DNA from: a virus
Taxonomy: Duplodnaviria; Heunggongvirae; Uroviricota; Caudoviricetes
Virus record (IMG/VR): IMGVR_UViG_3300030294_000003
DNA length: 15,625 nucleotides
Strand: one strand, 5' to 3'
In this document: piece after piece, positions 7,093 through 13,578 of the stretch
How the letters are laid out: each line of letters begins with the position of its first letter
Position numbering within the stretch: the first letter of the stretch is position 1
The notes under the pieces: generated by a model
The model's input: only the letters and a program-made list of their open reading frames with translations
Told to the model about the DNA's origin: nothing
Databases searched by the model: none
Translations under genes and position numbers: made by a program

Positions 7093-7124
7093 CTTAACCC
7101 ATATTTCTATCAATATAGGTTAAG
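7093..7124. terminator. Hairpin, likely bidirectional terminator
   Basis: CTTAACCCATATT-TCTATC-AATATAGGTTAAG, between ncRNA copy 3 and the convergent ORF 7150-7509. Confidence 0.5.
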
Positions 7125-7149
7125 CAAAGTCATTTTATGTCAAGTTTAG

Positions 7150-7509
7150 TTAAATAAAGCTATCAATTATTCTTTTTATTTCATTTTTATTTTGTTTAAT
7201 CATTTCGTCACTTTCCTGAAATTTAGCACTTAATTTAATAGTTGGGTCAGCATTTTTAACACTGTTAACTAATTTGTTTTTTGATGCTACATCGAAAAAT
7301 TTACTAACAAATCTTTCCTGTTCATAAATTAACGTTTCAAGTCTTACAAGTTCAAAAATTTTGAGTAGGTATTTTTTAACATCTATTTCCTTTGTGTAAT
7401 TCATCGACCGTGGGGAAATTCCGTAATTGAAAATACGGCTACCTTCGTCCGTTGTAACTTCAAAACCAATGGTTTTAAAATCGTTGTCTTTAACTAAAAT
7501 TGCTTTCAT
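7150..7509 (-). CDS. Hypothetical protein, 119 aa
   Basis: ORF track; promoter M13. Confidence 0.85.
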   Translation of the reverse strand: MKAILVKDNDFKTIGFEVTTDEGSRIFNYGISPRSMNYTKEIDVKKYLLKIFELVRLETLIYEQERFVSKFFDVASKNKLVNSVKNADPTIKLSAKFQESDEMIKQNKNEIKRIIDSFI

Positions 7510-7557
7510 AACTTATAAGTTTTTAATGAATTGATTTATTTCCTTTTAATTATACAA

Positions 7558-7602
7558 CAAAGATAATCTTTTGAATCCATTCGTGAAAATGGAATTTGTT
7601 AA
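7558..7602 (-). promoter_or_regulatory. Promoter module M13
   Basis: TTAACAAATTCCATTTTCACGAA...TATCTTTG, 37-nt spacing. Confidence 0.8.
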
Positions 7603-7619
7603 AAAACAAAGTAATTTAT

Positions 7620-7664
7620 TTAACAAATTCCATTTCGGTATATGGTTGAAATGAATTACTTTTA
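7620..7664 (+). promoter_or_regulatory. Promoter module P5
   Basis: TTAACAAATTCCATTTCGGTATATGG...TACTTTTAC, 37-nt spacing. Confidence 0.75.
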
Positions 7665-7693
7665 CATATCAATTTAATTAAAACAAACAAAAT

Positions 7694-7894
7694 ATGAAAA
7701 CGTTAACAGTATTGCAGCAAATAAATATTTTATTGAAGCATGCCAATAGAAACGGTTTAGAAATTAAATTTTTTAACGTTCACGACAATTGTGTATTTGC
7801 TAATTTATATAATCCTGAAAAAGATGTTTATTCTTATCAAACGGTTTTTTGTGTTATTGATGATTGTGAATATAAATTTACTTTAATACCTTAA
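7694..7894 (+). CDS. Hypothetical protein, 66 aa
   Basis: ORF track; promoter P5. Confidence 0.8.
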   Translation: MKTLTVLQQINILLKHANRNGLEIKFFNVHDNCVFANLYNPEKDVYSYQTVFCVIDDCEYKFTLIP

Positions 7895-7910
7895 TTAAAA
7901 AAAATTGGTT

Positions 7911-8099
7911 ATGAAAACAATTATAATAAACGAATGGTTAAAATTCACATACCGTGAAGATAGAAGTGTTAAATTTGAACCTGCATACCGCAATGGGGCA
8001 TATATTAACGTTTTTATACATTCAGATGAATGTGAAAAATTCTTAAAGGAAAATGATATTAATTATCAAATCAGTAACAAAAACAATATTGATAAATGA
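7911..8099 (+). CDS. Hypothetical protein, 62 aa (start revised to ATG 7911)
   Basis: ORF track 7905 uses TTG; ATG 7911 is in frame; stop overlaps the next start (ATGA). Confidence 0.75.
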   Translation: MKTIIINEWLKFTYREDRSVKFEPAYRNGAYINVFIHSDECEKFLKENDINYQISNKNNIDK

Positions 8100-8371
8100 A
8101 AAACTATGTACGTTTTTATGAAATGTCAACAGGTAAATGGGTTGATGGAAAAATGAATTGGGATATGAAATATCCTATTGAGGGTTGTGGTAGTGATTCT
8201 GTAATGTATTACGATGGGCGTTTGAATTTATCATCAATATGTTATCAGGCAAGACAAAGAATCATTCAAATGAATGCAGTTAATAGAATAGTAGGCTTTA
8301 AAGTCTATAAAAACGGTAATGAAGTTTATTCAACCGTTCCAACCGCAAAAAATTGCTTAAAATATGAATAA
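8096..8371 (+). CDS. Hypothetical protein, 91 aa (YVRFY..STG...GSDSV..YDGR motif)
   Basis: ORF track; translationally coupled to the previous ORF. Confidence 0.85.
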   Translation: MKNYVRFYEMSTGKWVDGKMNWDMKYPIEGCGSDSVMYYDGRLNLSSICYQARQRIIQMNAVNRIVGFKVYKNGNEVYSTVPTAKNCLKYE

Positions 8372-8372
8372 G

Positions 8373-8388
8373 ATACTCGAATGAGTAT
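8373..8388. repeat. Palindrome ATACTC-GAAT-GAGTAT, copy 1
   Basis: Recurs at 9240, 13579 (inverted) and 14184. Confidence 0.75.
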
Positions 8389-8401
8389 GTAAATAATTAC
8401 T

Positions 8402-8446
8402 TTAACATATTCCATTTGTACCAACGATTAAAATATATTACTTTTA
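8402..8446 (+). promoter_or_regulatory. Promoter module P6
   Basis: TTAACATATTCCATTTG-N20-TACTTTTAC, 37-nt spacing. Confidence 0.75.
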
Positions 8447-8471
8447 CATATCAATTTAAAGCAACAATGTT

Positions 8472-8696
8472 ATGAAAAAAGACTTTTTAAAAATAGGGTT
8501 ACGATTTTATGTTGAGGATGAAATAAACACTTTTAGCGTTGTTTCCTTTGATTCAGAATCTATGTACATTTATTCCGAATTATTAAAAGAGAATATTGAA
8601 AAACCTTTTAAGGTCTCTCACTTTTATAAACAAGTCTCTGATGGTTTTTTAACTATTTCTACAGACAAGTCTCTGATGTTTATTCAACAATTTTAA
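8472..8696 (+). CDS. Hypothetical protein, 74 aa
   Basis: ORF track; promoter P6. Confidence 0.8.
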   Translation: MKKDFLKIGLRFYVEDEINTFSVVSFDSESMYIYSELLKENIEKPFKVSHFYKQVSDGFLTISTDKSLMFIQQF

Positions 8697-8721
8697 ATTC
8701 ACAAATAAATAATAAATAGTT

Positions 8722-9051
8722 ATGACAGATTTAACAATTGCCCAACAGTGGGAAGCGGTGAATAAAATGAATTTTTTTGAGATTGAAGTTGTAGACCAAC
8801 GAACCAACGAACAGGATTATATCATTTTTAACATTGATATTGATTCAAAAGTTGATGGAACGCCTGTTTTTAGAGCCGAACACGTTGCACTTAGTGAAGC
8901 AGAAGAAAAAAGTCCATTGGTAGCTTTTTGTTATTCTGAGATTGATGAAAACTTCTCGTTGGATCAAAATCTAGGTTCATTGATGGATGAATGTGTTGAT
9001 GCTATAATCAATAGTGAATTTTATGAATTTCCAAAAGATGAAGAAGAATAA
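8722..9051 (+). CDS. Strongly acidic hypothetical protein, 109 aa
   Basis: ORF track; 27 D/E vs 6 K/R. Confidence 0.85.
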   Translation: MTDLTIAQQWEAVNKMNFFEIEVVDQRTNEQDYIIFNIDIDSKVDGTPVFRAEHVALSEAEEKSPLVAFCYSEIDENFSLDQNLGSLMDECVDAIINSEFYEFPKDEEE

Positions 9052-9059
9052 TTAATAAT

Positions 9060-9233
9060 ATGGTACAAACAACTAATAATCATCTAACAGTATACAAATA
9101 CCTATCAGAAACCGCTGATAGGAGATGTAGAAAATATAAAGAACTTGATAAACAATTGGATAAACTTAGTGAAAAATATGGTAAAGAATCCAAAGAAGTA
9201 AACGATTTTTTTAATCAATTTATTATCCTATAA
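9060..9233 (+). CDS. Hypothetical protein, 57 aa (MVQTTNNHLTVYKYLSETADRRCRKYKELDKQLDKL...)
   Basis: Translated by hand; starts 8 nt after the previous stop. Confidence 0.7.
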   Translation: MVQTTNNHLTVYKYLSETADRRCRKYKELDKQLDKLSEKYGKESKEVNDFFNQFIIL

Positions 9234-9239
9234 TTAACA

Positions 9240-9255
9240 ATACTCGAATGAGTAT
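9240..9255. repeat. Palindrome ATACTC-GAAT-GAGTAT, copy 2
   Basis: Identical to 8373-8388. Confidence 0.75.
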
Positions 9256-9265
9256 CTAACATCCT

Positions 9266-9310
9266 TTAACAAAAATGGTTTGTGAAAATGAATCCTTTTC
9301 TTTACTTTTG
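9266..9310 (+). promoter_or_regulatory. Promoter module P7
   Basis: TTAACAAAAATGGTTTG-N20-TACTTTTG, 37-nt spacing. Confidence 0.8.
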
Positions 9311-9339
9311 CATATACAAATTAATAAAACAAACGCTTT

Positions 9340-9762
9340 ATGAAAAGGCAATTTAAAATTATAACAAGTGTAGCTACACACATTTGTACTATCAACAAAA
9401 AGAATGACATCTTTTTTGATGTATTTGAAAGGGAAATAGAAAATATGGGTAATGCTGATGAAAAATTTATTGTTGAAAATATGGATGGTAAAATACTATT
9501 CACTGATACAGATGTTAAAGAATGGGAAAATGATGGTGGTGTTTATATTTGTCGCTTTTGTGGTAAGCGTATTGAAAGTGAACACGATGTATATGTTGAG
9601 GATGGTGCAAGTGAGTGTCATTGTGAGGACTGCCATCCGATTCTATTCCCAAATGATGATGTATGGCAAGCTTTATATAAAAAGTACAACATCGACAGCG
9701 AAACAGGCGAAGAGCGTAATAACTTTTATGGTGAATATTATTATTGGACTACTGCACCGTAA
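9340..9762 (+). CDS. Hypothetical protein, 140 aa, putative Zn ribbon (CRFC...CEDC)
   Basis: ORF track; two CxxC motifs; promoter P7. Confidence 0.85.
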   Translation: MKRQFKIITSVATHICTINKKNDIFFDVFEREIENMGNADEKFIVENMDGKILFTDTDVKEWENDGGVYICRFCGKRIESEHDVYVEDGASECHCEDCHPILFPNDDVWQALYKKYNIDSETGEERNNFYGEYYYWTTAP

Positions 9763-9767
9763 TTTAT

Positions 9768-9812
9768 TTAACAAATTCTATTTCGATATATCATTGTTAA
9801 AGCTTATCTTTG
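9768..9812 (+). promoter_or_regulatory. Promoter module P8
   Basis: TTAACAAATTCTATTTC...GTTAAAGCTTATCTTTG, 37-nt spacing. Confidence 0.8.
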
Positions 9813-9849
9813 TATAGTAATATAATTCAAATAAATAAACCAATCAGTT

Positions 9850-10110
9850 ATGTCAGAAAAAGAAAAATATAATTTTTTTCTCGATGGTGATTTATCCCAA
9901 ATGTCATTTCAAAGGACATTCTTAAATAATCGTGGAATCAGTACAGAACAAAACAATGTCTACCCATGTTTAAGGCAATGTGATGTTAAAAATGCTTTAA
10001 CTTTAATATGGGAACAAAGTTGTGATGGTTGGTGGCATTACAAAAAAAAGTATGTTGAATTAGAAATTTGTACCGCTGAAGAATATAACAGCAAATTATC
10101 AAGATGGTAA
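9850..10110 (+). CDS. Hypothetical protein, 86 aa
   Basis: ORF track; promoter P8. Confidence 0.8.
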   Translation: MSEKEKYNFFLDGDLSQMSFQRTFLNNRGISTEQNNVYPCLRQCDVKNALTLIWEQSCDGWWHYKKKYVELEICTAEEYNSKLSRW

Positions 10111-10123
10111 AATATTATTTTAT

Positions 10124-10168
10124 TTAACAAATTCTATTTTCATACATCAATGTTAAAGCTTATCTTTG
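10124..10168 (+). promoter_or_regulatory. Promoter module P9
   Basis: TTAACAAATTCTATTTT...GTTAAAGCTTATCTTTG, 37-nt spacing. Confidence 0.8.
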
Positions 10169-10202
10169 TCATATCAATTTAATTAATTCAAATAAACATA
10201 TT

Positions 10203-10361
10203 ATGTCAGAAAGAGAATGCGCAATAAAAGTAGGTGAAGCAGTTTTACAACTTCTTAATCTTGAAATAAATAAAGTTGGTTTAATACCTACAGTGTGGGG
10301 TGATAAGACCGTTGAGGGGTTAGGATTCACTATTATGGGAATTGTAGAAATAAATAAATAA
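10203..10361 (+). CDS. Hypothetical protein, 52 aa (...GLIPTVWGDKTVEGLG...)
   Basis: Translated by hand; first ORF after P9. Confidence 0.75.
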   Translation: MSERECAIKVGEAVLQLLNLEINKVGLIPTVWGDKTVEGLGFTIMGIVEINK

Positions 10362-10367
10362 TGTTTT

Positions 10368-10670
10368 ATGAAAAATCCGTATAAAGTAAGCTATCAAAAA
10401 CATTGGTCTGAAGATGGTACAGTGTATACCCAACGTGTTAAAATTTCACGTGAAGATTATTTAACATTTTGTGAAGAAATGGATTTGGAATTTATTAACA
10501 AATTTCCATTTAAAAAACATTATTGTCATACCGATTCTGATACAATCTACATGAGGTCAAAAGATACCAATGCAAAGGTCGTTTACTTAAAATCAACTGA
10601 AACACGTTTTTTTTGTTTTATGATGATGATTAATCTAAAAGATAGAAACACTTATTTAGTTATAGCTTAA
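10368..10670 (+). CDS. Hypothetical protein, 100 aa
   Basis: ORF track. Confidence 0.75.
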   Translation: MKNPYKVSYQKHWSEDGTVYTQRVKISREDYLTFCEEMDLEFINKFPFKKHYCHTDSDTIYMRSKDTNAKVVYLKSTETRFFCFMMMINLKDRNTYLVIA

Positions 10671-10685
10671 ACTAATAATATATTT

Positions 10686-10967
10686 ATGAAAAAACTTAAA
10701 ATTACAAAAGGCGAATGGTTTATAAGTGGTGATAAATATCCAACTATACAATCAAAAAATACAAATGAAAATATCGTTGTAACATATCCTACAATTGCTA
10801 CAATAAATTCAACGTTTATTGATGAAATAGAATATAAAGCAAATGCAAAACTAATTGCTGCATCGCCAAAAATGCTTGCGGCACTTGAAGTGTTAATGGA
10901 AAATTCAAGTAATCTACATGAGTTCCAAAAAATTTATATTCAGGAAGCTCTTGATGCAGCACTTTAA
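10686..10967 (+). CDS. Phage protein of the widespread 'H/ITPGPW...ANARLIAAAPELL' family, 93 aa, function unknown
   Basis: ITKGEW near the N-terminus and ANAKLIAASPKMLAAL match the motif as I recall it. Confidence 0.8.
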   Translation: MKKLKITKGEWFISGDKYPTIQSKNTNENIVVTYPTIATINSTFIDEIEYKANAKLIAASPKMLAALEVLMENSSNLHEFQKIYIQEALDAAL

Positions 10968-11017
10968 TTTTAATTAATTATATAGTCCAAATTGATAATT
11001 GTTAAAATATAAATATT

Positions 11018-11158
11018 ATGATTGATTTTAATTGCCTTTCAGAAAATAGCGAAGTTGTTCTTTTATTAAAACAGAGAGAAGAATTAGATAAAAAGATAAA
11101 TGAATTAGATGAATTTGCATTGCTACTATATGAAATTGCTAAGTTGAACGAAGAATAA
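11018..11158 (+). CDS. Hypothetical coiled-coil peptide, 46 aa (MIDFNCLSENSEVVLLLKQREELDKKINELD...)
   Basis: Translated by hand; heptad-like pattern. Confidence 0.65.
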   Translation: MIDFNCLSENSEVVLLLKQREELDKKINELDEFALLLYEIAKLNEE

Positions 11159-11185
11159 AAAACAAGTAAATAATAATAATATATT

Positions 11186-11464
11186 ATGAGCGAACAAGAA
11201 ATTAAATATAAACAAATGCTCAACAACGTGGCATTGTTAACAGATTATAATGACCACACAGAAGCTCGTATAGCCATTGCAAAGTTCTTTGGTATGCGTA
11301 ATAGGATTGATGATTTAGAATCATTACAACGTCAACAAAATAGGCTTGGGTATATGACAGAAGACCTATTGAAAGAACGTGCCGAAATAACAAAGACAAT
11401 ATACAATCGTTTGATTTTTACTTGTGGTATTGAAATAGCTAAAGAAGTAATGTCAAAACTTTAA
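11186..11464 (+). CDS. Hypothetical protein, 92 aa (LTDYNDHTEA motif)
   Basis: ORF track; stop inside the TTAAC of P10. Confidence 0.85.
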   Translation: MSEQEIKYKQMLNNVALLTDYNDHTEARIAIAKFFGMRNRIDDLESLQRQQNRLGYMTEDLLKERAEITKTIYNRLIFTCGIEIAKEVMSKL

Positions 11465-11505
11465 CAAATTACATTTTAGTATATCACTGTTAAAGCGTAT
11501 CTTTG
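11461..11505 (+). promoter_or_regulatory. Promoter module P10
   Basis: TTAACAAATTACATTTT...GTTAAAGCGTATCTTTG, 37-nt spacing. Confidence 0.8.
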
Positions 11506-11538
11506 TACTATCAAAATAATTAAACAAAACAAGTTATT

Positions 11539-11700
11539 ATGAAAAATAAAGCACACGTATTTCAACACAGAACTTCGGGTCTACAAATGTTCGTTTATCA
11601 TCAACCTTCAGAAGATTTAGCAAAATCTGAGTTATATGGTATTGTAGCAAATAGTAGCGATTGGATTTATTTAGGACAAAAAACGGCACAAGATGCATAA
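11539..11700 (+). CDS. Hypothetical protein, 53 aa (MKNKAHVFQHRTSGLQMFVYH...)
   Basis: Translated by hand; sole ORF between P10 and P11. Confidence 0.7.
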   Translation: MKNKAHVFQHRTSGLQMFVYHQPSEDLAKSELYGIVANSSDWIYLGQKTAQDA

Positions 11701-11715
11701 AATAAACATTATAAA

Positions 11716-11760
11716 TTAACAAATTCTATTTTAGAATGTCGTTGTTAAACCGTATCTTTA
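11716..11760 (+). promoter_or_regulatory. Promoter module P11
   Basis: TTAACAAATTCTATTTT...GTTAAACCGTATCTTTAC, 37-nt spacing. Confidence 0.75.
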
Positions 11761-11799
11761 CACTGTAATTAAATTAAACAAATAAAAACATAAAATATC

Positions 11800-12021
11800 A
11801 TGGCAAAGAAAAATCTTATTACATTAGCAAAAGGGTTGGATTTTACAACCGAATCAGAATATTTTGATTATCTTATTGATTCATATCTCTATGGTAATTT
11901 CAATCAATGTAAAAGACTTTTCAATGATATGAAAAAAGAAGCCCAAAAGAAATTTATTAAGTATGTTGATAATTCATATACTAATAAAGACATTATGGAT
12001 TTTTATTTCAACCTATTGTAA
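11800..12021 (+). CDS. Hypothetical protein, 73 aa
   Basis: ORF track; promoter P11; TAATG overlap with the next gene. Confidence 0.85.
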   Translation: MAKKNLITLAKGLDFTTESEYFDYLIDSYLYGNFNQCKRLFNDMKKEAQKKFIKYVDNSYTNKDIMDFYFNLL

Positions 12022-12317
12022 TGAAAAACGTAATTATAATTGGTGCTGGCGGTACGTATGGAACATCTACAACCATTGCACAACGCATTATAGAAGCACG
12101 AGAACAGGGTATTGAAGTTGTGGAGTATAAACCAAACAGCGAACAAAGTAAAATATTAGAACTTGCAGACCAACTAAACAGCTTAACAGAGCGTGAAAAC
12201 AAAGCTATGAGAGAAGCAGAACCTTTTATACTTCAGTCAATTCCACACGATGAAATACCATTCTATCCAAATAAAAAAATCAAAGGTTATCAACAGCCTT
12301 ATAAATTCCACAAATAA
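12021..12317 (+). CDS. Hypothetical protein, 98 aa, Rossmann-like N-terminal glycine motif
   Basis: ORF track; MKNVIIIGAGGTYG. Confidence 0.8.
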   Translation: MKNVIIIGAGGTYGTSTTIAQRIIEAREQGIEVVEYKPNSEQSKILELADQLNSLTERENKAMREAEPFILQSIPHDEIPFYPNKKIKGYQQPYKFHK

Positions 12318-12318
12318 T

Positions 12319-12537
12319 ATGGGGTTAAGATGTGAACAACACGTTGAGGATGGTTATAGTTACAACAGGTTTACAGACACACAAATGAGACCTATTTTTA
12401 GACAATGTAAATACAATGCAAAATACAAAGTCAAAGCAGAGAATACAAAAGGTTATGTAAGCGAAATGAACGTTTGTACAAAACACAAAAACAATTTAAT
12501 TAAACGATTTAAAATAATTGATATTCAAATAATTTAA
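12319..12537 (+). CDS. Hypothetical Cys/His protein, 72 aa (start revised to MGLRCEQH)
   Basis: In-frame ATG 1 nt after the previous stop; CxxH...CxxH; stop inside the TTAAC of P12. Confidence 0.75.
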   Translation: MGLRCEQHVEDGYSYNRFTDTQMRPIFRQCKYNAKYKVKAENTKGYVSEMNVCTKHKNNLIKRFKIIDIQII

Positions 12538-12578
12538 CAAATTCCATTTCCGTATGTCAACCTTATTCCGTATCTTTG
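12534..12578 (+). promoter_or_regulatory. Promoter module P12 (drives ncRNA copy 4)
   Basis: TTAACAAATTCCATTTC...TATCTTTG, 37-nt spacing. Confidence 0.8.
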
Positions 12579-12594
12579 TATCATAATAAAGGTA

Positions 12595-12632
12595 GAGAGG
12601 TTGGCAGACAATAAATCTGGAGTATATTCTCC
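12595..12632 (+). ncRNA. Putative small RNA, copy 4 (conserved core)
   Basis: GAGAG GTTGG CAGA caataaa TCTG GAGTATATTCTCC. Confidence 0.6.
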
Positions 12633-12680
12633 GTTGGATACTATATATCAATTGTTAAAAAAATAATTATTGAACCAAAA

Positions 12681-12731
12681 GGAGTATAATCTTCGGTCTA
12701 TTAAATATTTTAACATCCGCCAACATCTCTC
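12681..12731 (-). ncRNA. Putative small RNA, copy 5 (conserved core, faces copy 4)
   Basis: Minus strand GAGAG AT GTTGG CGG atgttaaaatatttaataga CCG AAGATTATACTCC; CGG/CCG is a compensatory change. Confidence 0.55.
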
Positions 12732-12747
12732 GAATCATATGATATGG

Positions 12748-12792
12748 CAAAGGTAGTCAAAACAATTCATATAACCAAATATTTTCAGTTAA
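12748..12792 (-). promoter_or_regulatory. Promoter module M14 (drives ncRNA copy 5)
   Basis: TTAACTGAAAATATTTG-N20-TACCTTTG, 37-nt spacing. Confidence 0.75.
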
Positions 12793-12820
12793 AAGATCTT
12801 AATAAAAATTTATTGTAATT

Positions 12821-12865
12821 TTAACAAATTCTATTTCCACAATTGAAGTTAATACCGTACTTTTG
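12821..12865 (+). promoter_or_regulatory. Promoter module P13
   Basis: TTAACAAATTCTATTTC...TACTTTTG, 37-nt spacing. Confidence 0.8.
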
Positions 12866-12908
12866 TAAGGTAATCAAATAAAAGTAATTAAAACAAAACA
12901 TTATAGTT

Positions 12909-13157
12909 ATGGCAACAAATAAAACAACATTAGTAAACGAATTACAAGGGGCATTAGACCGCTTTAACAGAAACCTTGAACCATCAGGTAGATGTGTACA
13001 AATTCAGGCTAGAAACGGCTACATAGCGTTGGATATGTATAGTATTAAAACAGGCAAATGTATTGACTTCTATACGTCAACAGATACCAACAAACAAATG
13101 TTAAATTTACTTTACGCTTTAAGTAAAGCAATTGAACTTGTTAATAATCCAATCTAA
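12909..13157 (+). CDS. Hypothetical protein, 82 aa
   Basis: ORF track; promoter P13. Confidence 0.8.
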   Translation: MATNKTTLVNELQGALDRFNRNLEPSGRCVQIQARNGYIALDMYSIKTGKCIDFYTSTDTNKQMLNLLYALSKAIELVNNPI

Positions 13158-13170
13158 AATAAAATATATT

Positions 13171-13293
13171 ATGGAAATAGAAGAAATTGTTAAAATTATT
13201 GATGGTATTAAACCATTGTCATTTTTTAACCAAAATGAAAAAGATGTATTTCAACTTGCACTTGATTTGGTGAAAGCAGCAATTGAGGGTTAA
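13171..13293 (+). CDS. Hypothetical protein, 40 aa (MEIEEIVKIIDGIKPLSFFNQNEKDVFQLALDLVKAAIEG)
   Basis: Translated by hand. Confidence 0.65.
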   Translation: MEIEEIVKIIDGIKPLSFFNQNEKDVFQLALDLVKAAIEG

Positions 13294-13302
13294 TCAATAT
13301 TT

Positions 13303-13325
13303 TGTCAAAAAATCCTTTTTTGACA
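13303..13325. terminator. Hairpin TGTCAAAAAA-TCC-TTTTTTGACA
   Basis: Perfect 10-bp arms, 9 nt after a stop; near-identical copy at 13820. Confidence 0.45.
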
Positions 13326-13377
13326 TTTATTAAAATTTCATTTTAATAACACATAAAATAATTAAATAAGTAATTAA

Positions 13378-13569
13378 ATGAAAGCATACAAAACAATCAC
13401 ATATTCAGGCGTTGACCTTACAATAAGCAAAAAGGTTGCAATGGACGGACTACAGTATTTTTGTATCATTCGCAAAGATAACAAACGTATTGTAGCACGT
13501 TATAAACTACTTCGTGAAGCGGTTTGGCAATTGGATAACTTTGTGAAATATCCTATATTACCTTTATAA
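13378..13569 (+). CDS. Basic hypothetical protein, 63 aa
   Basis: ORF track. Confidence 0.75.
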   Translation: MKAYKTITYSGVDLTISKKVAMDGLQYFCIIRKDNKRIVARYKLLREAVWQLDNFVKYPILPL

Positions 13570-13578
13570 TATGATTCA

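Noticed and set aside
9766-9812. Module as an integron attC site (RYYYAAC...GTTRRR)
   Set aside because: The GTTAA partner occurs in only 8 of 29 copies, the span of ~33 bp is shorter than attC sites, no L boxes or long hairpin are present, and no integrase is in the window. Kept only as an analogy.
9321-9817. ORF track 9321-9503 (-) and 9452-9817 (+)
   Set aside because: Antisense and alternate-frame shadows of 9340-9762.
10990-11007. Reverse TTTTAACAATT half-site
   Set aside because: Poor match beyond TTAACAA, no -7 box at 37 nt, and plausible by chance in AT-rich DNA.
11002-12202. ORF track 11002-11226, 11537-11722 and 12008-12202 (-)
   Set aside because: Antisense shadows of plus-strand genes that have their own promoters or leaders.
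12591-12640. RNA element as a tRNA (5' end resembles tRNA-Ser GGAGAGG.GGCAGA)
   Set aside because: No anticodon arm, no TTC T-loop and no cloverleaf.
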